DNA of 8,030 nt from the NCBI GenBank assembly GCA_038826135.1, contig JAWBON010000051.1, positions 1 to 8,030 of the forward strand. Reading direction: 5' to 3'. Numbering within the stretch: position 1 is the stretch's first letter; each line of letters starts with the position of its first letter. A program made the translations under genes and the position numbers. Below the pieces are notes generated by a model. It searched no databases. It worked only from the letters and a program-made list of their open reading frames with translations, and was not told the DNA's origin. The stretch comes from Candidatus Odinarchaeota archaeon (lineage in GTDB: Archaea > Asgardarchaeota > Odinarchaeia > Odinarchaeales > Odinarchaeaceae). Below, in pieces: positions 6,065 to 8,030 of the stretch.

Positions 6065-6991
6065 ATGGTGGCGAGTTTGGAAAAGATTAAAGCGATCATT
6101 GAGATTATGAGACCGGCTAATGTTATTGTAGGGAGTGTAACCACCACGATATCTGTTTTAACTGTTAATGAAATACTGCGCGTTGAGGCTTCTATCAGCC
6201 TTCAACCATTAATGCTAGCGGTTTTTTTAGTGTTATCTTATTTCACATATTTCAGCATAGCTGTTGCGGGTAATATAGTTAACGATATATTCGATATTGA
6301 AGTGGATCGGGTTAACAGACCTAGTAGACCTTTACCAAGTGGCAGACTCACAGTTAATGAAGCTAAAGGCCTAACCGTATTATTCTGGGCCACTGGAGTG
6401 ATATTAGCGTTTTTAACAAATATTATAGGAGGAATCATAGCAATCCTTTTCTCAATAGTGGGATTCACATACGCTTCTAAAGGTAAGGTAATGGGTATAA
6501 TAGGAAATTTCATGGTGTCTTTTTCATTCGCTTTCGGATTAATATATGGGGCTATAATCGTTTACTTTCAGCTTCTCGGATTAATAGGTATACCCTCAAT
6601 CATATGGCTTTATTTTATAACCTCTTTCATGGTTTTACAGGGGCGGGAGATTATAAAAGGGATGGAGGATGTTGAAGGAGATGCGCTGCGAGGGGTTCAA
6701 ACAATAGCACGAAGATACGGTGTTTTATCAGCCTCAAAGATTGCAGTGATATCGAATATAATAGGGATGATCGCGTTCACATTAGCGCTGACTCTATCTC
6801 TTACCGGTTTCACGCCGCTGCCGAGAATATTATTTTCGATACTGTATATTCCAGGTATGATAAGCGTTGGTGCATCAACTGTTTTTATAAAATTAGGTCA
6901 TAGCGATAAGGAGAAGCAGAGAAAAGCAAGCTTCCTAGATAAGATAGGGGCTTTTATAGGATTATTCGCTTTTCTAATAGGTGTATTCTAA
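6065..6991 (+). CDS. UbiA-family prenyltransferase, likely digeranylgeranylglyceryl phosphate (DGGGP) synthase
   Basis: MRPAN, NDIFDIEVDRVNRPSRPLPSG (first Asp-rich motif), GREIIKGMEDVEGD (second motif), GNFMVS, and multiple hydrophobic spans. Confidence 0.88.
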   Translation: MVASLEKIKAIIEIMRPANVIVGSVTTTISVLTVNEILRVEASISLQPLMLAVFLVLSYFTYFSIAVAGNIVNDIFDIEVDRVNRPSRPLPSGRLTVNEAKGLTVLFWATGVILAFLTNIIGGIIAILFSIVGFTYASKGKVMGIIGNFMVSFSFAFGLIYGAIIVYFQLLGLIGIPSIIWLYFITSFMVLQGREIIKGMEDVEGDALRGVQTIARRYGVLSASKIAVISNIIGMIAFTLALTLSLTGFTPLPRILFSILYIPGMISVGASTVFIKLGHSDKEKQRKASFLDKIGAFIGLFAFLIGVF

Positions 6992-7010
6992 AAAAGAAGG
7001 GAGAGAGAGG
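6990..7010 (-). terminator. Candidate pyrimidine-tract/oligo-T terminator of the MFS gene
   Basis: Minus strand reads CCTCTCTCTCCCTTCTTTTTT just after the MFS stop, in the 22-nt convergent gap. Confidence 0.45.
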
Positions 7011-7013
7011 TAA

Positions 7014-8030
7014 TTATTTAACCGGTGTTTTCGGTTTAGGCGGTTTTATAATCAGTGTCAGAGCGGTGGATGCGAATGACATTATTCCCATTGTGATGAA
7101 CAGGATTAGGTAGCTACCGAAGAATGCGTAGAAGGTTGGCACCATTGTAGCTCCTATAAAGCCTGCTATGCCGTAAGCTGAGAAAACAACTCCGTAATTA
7201 GCACCTATATTTTTTAACCCGAATAAATCTGTAGTCGCTGTTGGGAACAGTGAGAAGTTACCTCCAAAGCAGAAGTAGATTAAACATGTTAAAGCCATGA
7301 AAGCGGGTATGCTTATATTAGTAAAGAAGTAAACGATCATTAATACCCCTTGAATGGTGAACATCATCAACATTGTTTTCTTATACGAGGTCATATCCGC
7401 GATTTTACCCCATGCAATTCTGCCTAAACCGTTGAATAACGCTGCTATACCGCCTAGTAGAACAAAATCTGTTCCGGAGATAACATAAAGTGGCGTATCG
7501 AATGCATCTGTAAGCTTGGCAAAGGCTGCGAATGATCCGATGACAAGTAGACCGGATATTGCTGATAGAGTGAACATTAACCATAGTAGCCAGAACGCCC
7601 TAGTTTTAACGGTTTCATTTCTTGTTAAATCTATACCTGAAGATACTCCTGCTGTCGGAGGGGGAGGCGTCCATCCGGGCGGTCGATATCCGGCTGGTGG
7701 TAGTTTTAATGTGAAAGCACCGCCTAAAATCATAACCGAGTATATTACACCCAGTATTATGAACATTAACGGTATGCTTAACACTGCTAGAGCTGATATA
7801 ACATAGTTGAATATGAACGCTCCTGCGCCGAAACCAGCTACAGCTATACCGCTGATAAGTCCCTTCTTATCAGGGTACCATTTCTGAGCGGTTGCAATCG
7901 GACAAACATAGCATATACCGATGCCTATACCGAATAAAAGACCGTATGTTATAACAAGACCTATAAGAGTTGTCATAGCTGCTGAGGACATAACCCCTAT
8001 AGCCAGTATTATGCCACCTATTATAATGGC
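7014..8030 (-). CDS. MFS transporter, OFA/monocarboxylate-transporter-like family, 5'-truncated
   Basis: WYPDKKGLISGIAVAGFGAGA, the PPAGYRPPGW loop, FNGLGRIAWGKIAD, FCFGGNFSLFP and ANYG. The frame stays open from 7991 to the window edge (AIIIGGIILAIGV before the listed Met), so the real start lies outside the window. Confidence 0.92.
   Translation of the reverse strand, partial: AIIIGGIILAIGVMSSAAMTTLIGLVITYGLLFGIGIGICYVCPIATAQKWYPDKKGLISGIAVAGFGAGAFIFNYVISALAVLSIPLMFIILGVIYSVMILGGAFTLKLPPAGYRPPGWTPPPPTAGVSSGIDLTRNETVKTRAFWLLWLMFTLSAISGLLVIGSFAAFAKLTDAFDTPLYVISGTDFVLLGGIAALFNGLGRIAWGKIADMTSYKKTMLMMFTIQGVLMIVYFFTNISIPAFMALTCLIYFCFGGNFSLFPTATTDLFGLKNIGANYGVVFSAYGIAGFIGATMVPTFYAFFGSYLILFITMGIMSFASTALTLIIKPPKPKTPVK

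Noticed and set aside
6992-7013. GA-rich tract as a microsatellite or triplex element
   Set aside because: Only four GA units; more simply explained as the complement of a pyrimidine-rich terminator.
5314-7806. Antisense ORFs 5314-5511, 6238-6513 and 7516-7806
   Set aside because: Reverse-strand shadows of hydrophobic membrane-protein genes.
1-8030. Search for CRISPR arrays, tRNA/rRNA, transposases and integrases
   Set aside because: No spaced repeats or RNA-gene signatures were seen, and intergenic gaps are short (largest 236 nt) and AT-rich.

Overview
Gene-dense, AT-rich archaeal window, most consistent with an Asgard archaeon (possibly Odinarchaeia). That is an inference from a Rab-like GTPase occurring with a DGGGP synthase, GGAGG/GGTG ribosome-binding sites and TATA-type promoters. 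In order: the 3' part of a pyruvate/2-oxoacid:ferredoxin oxidoreductase operon (partial porD, porA, porB; + strand); four minus-strand genes (DedA/VTT membrane protein, an unknown 175-aa coiled-coil/proline-rich/terminal-helix protein, a COG2403 arginine-synthetase/cDPG-synthetase-family P-loop protein, a Rab-like GTPase); a divergent UbiA-family DGGGP synthase (+); and a 5'-truncated OFA/MCT-type MFS transporter (-). No rRNA, tRNA, CRISPR or mobile element was seen. The best novelty candidate is the 175-aa protein, whose layout resembles a minimal WAVE/WASH-complex-like adaptor, set among membrane-related genes. All comparisons with reference proteins are from memory and need database confirmation.
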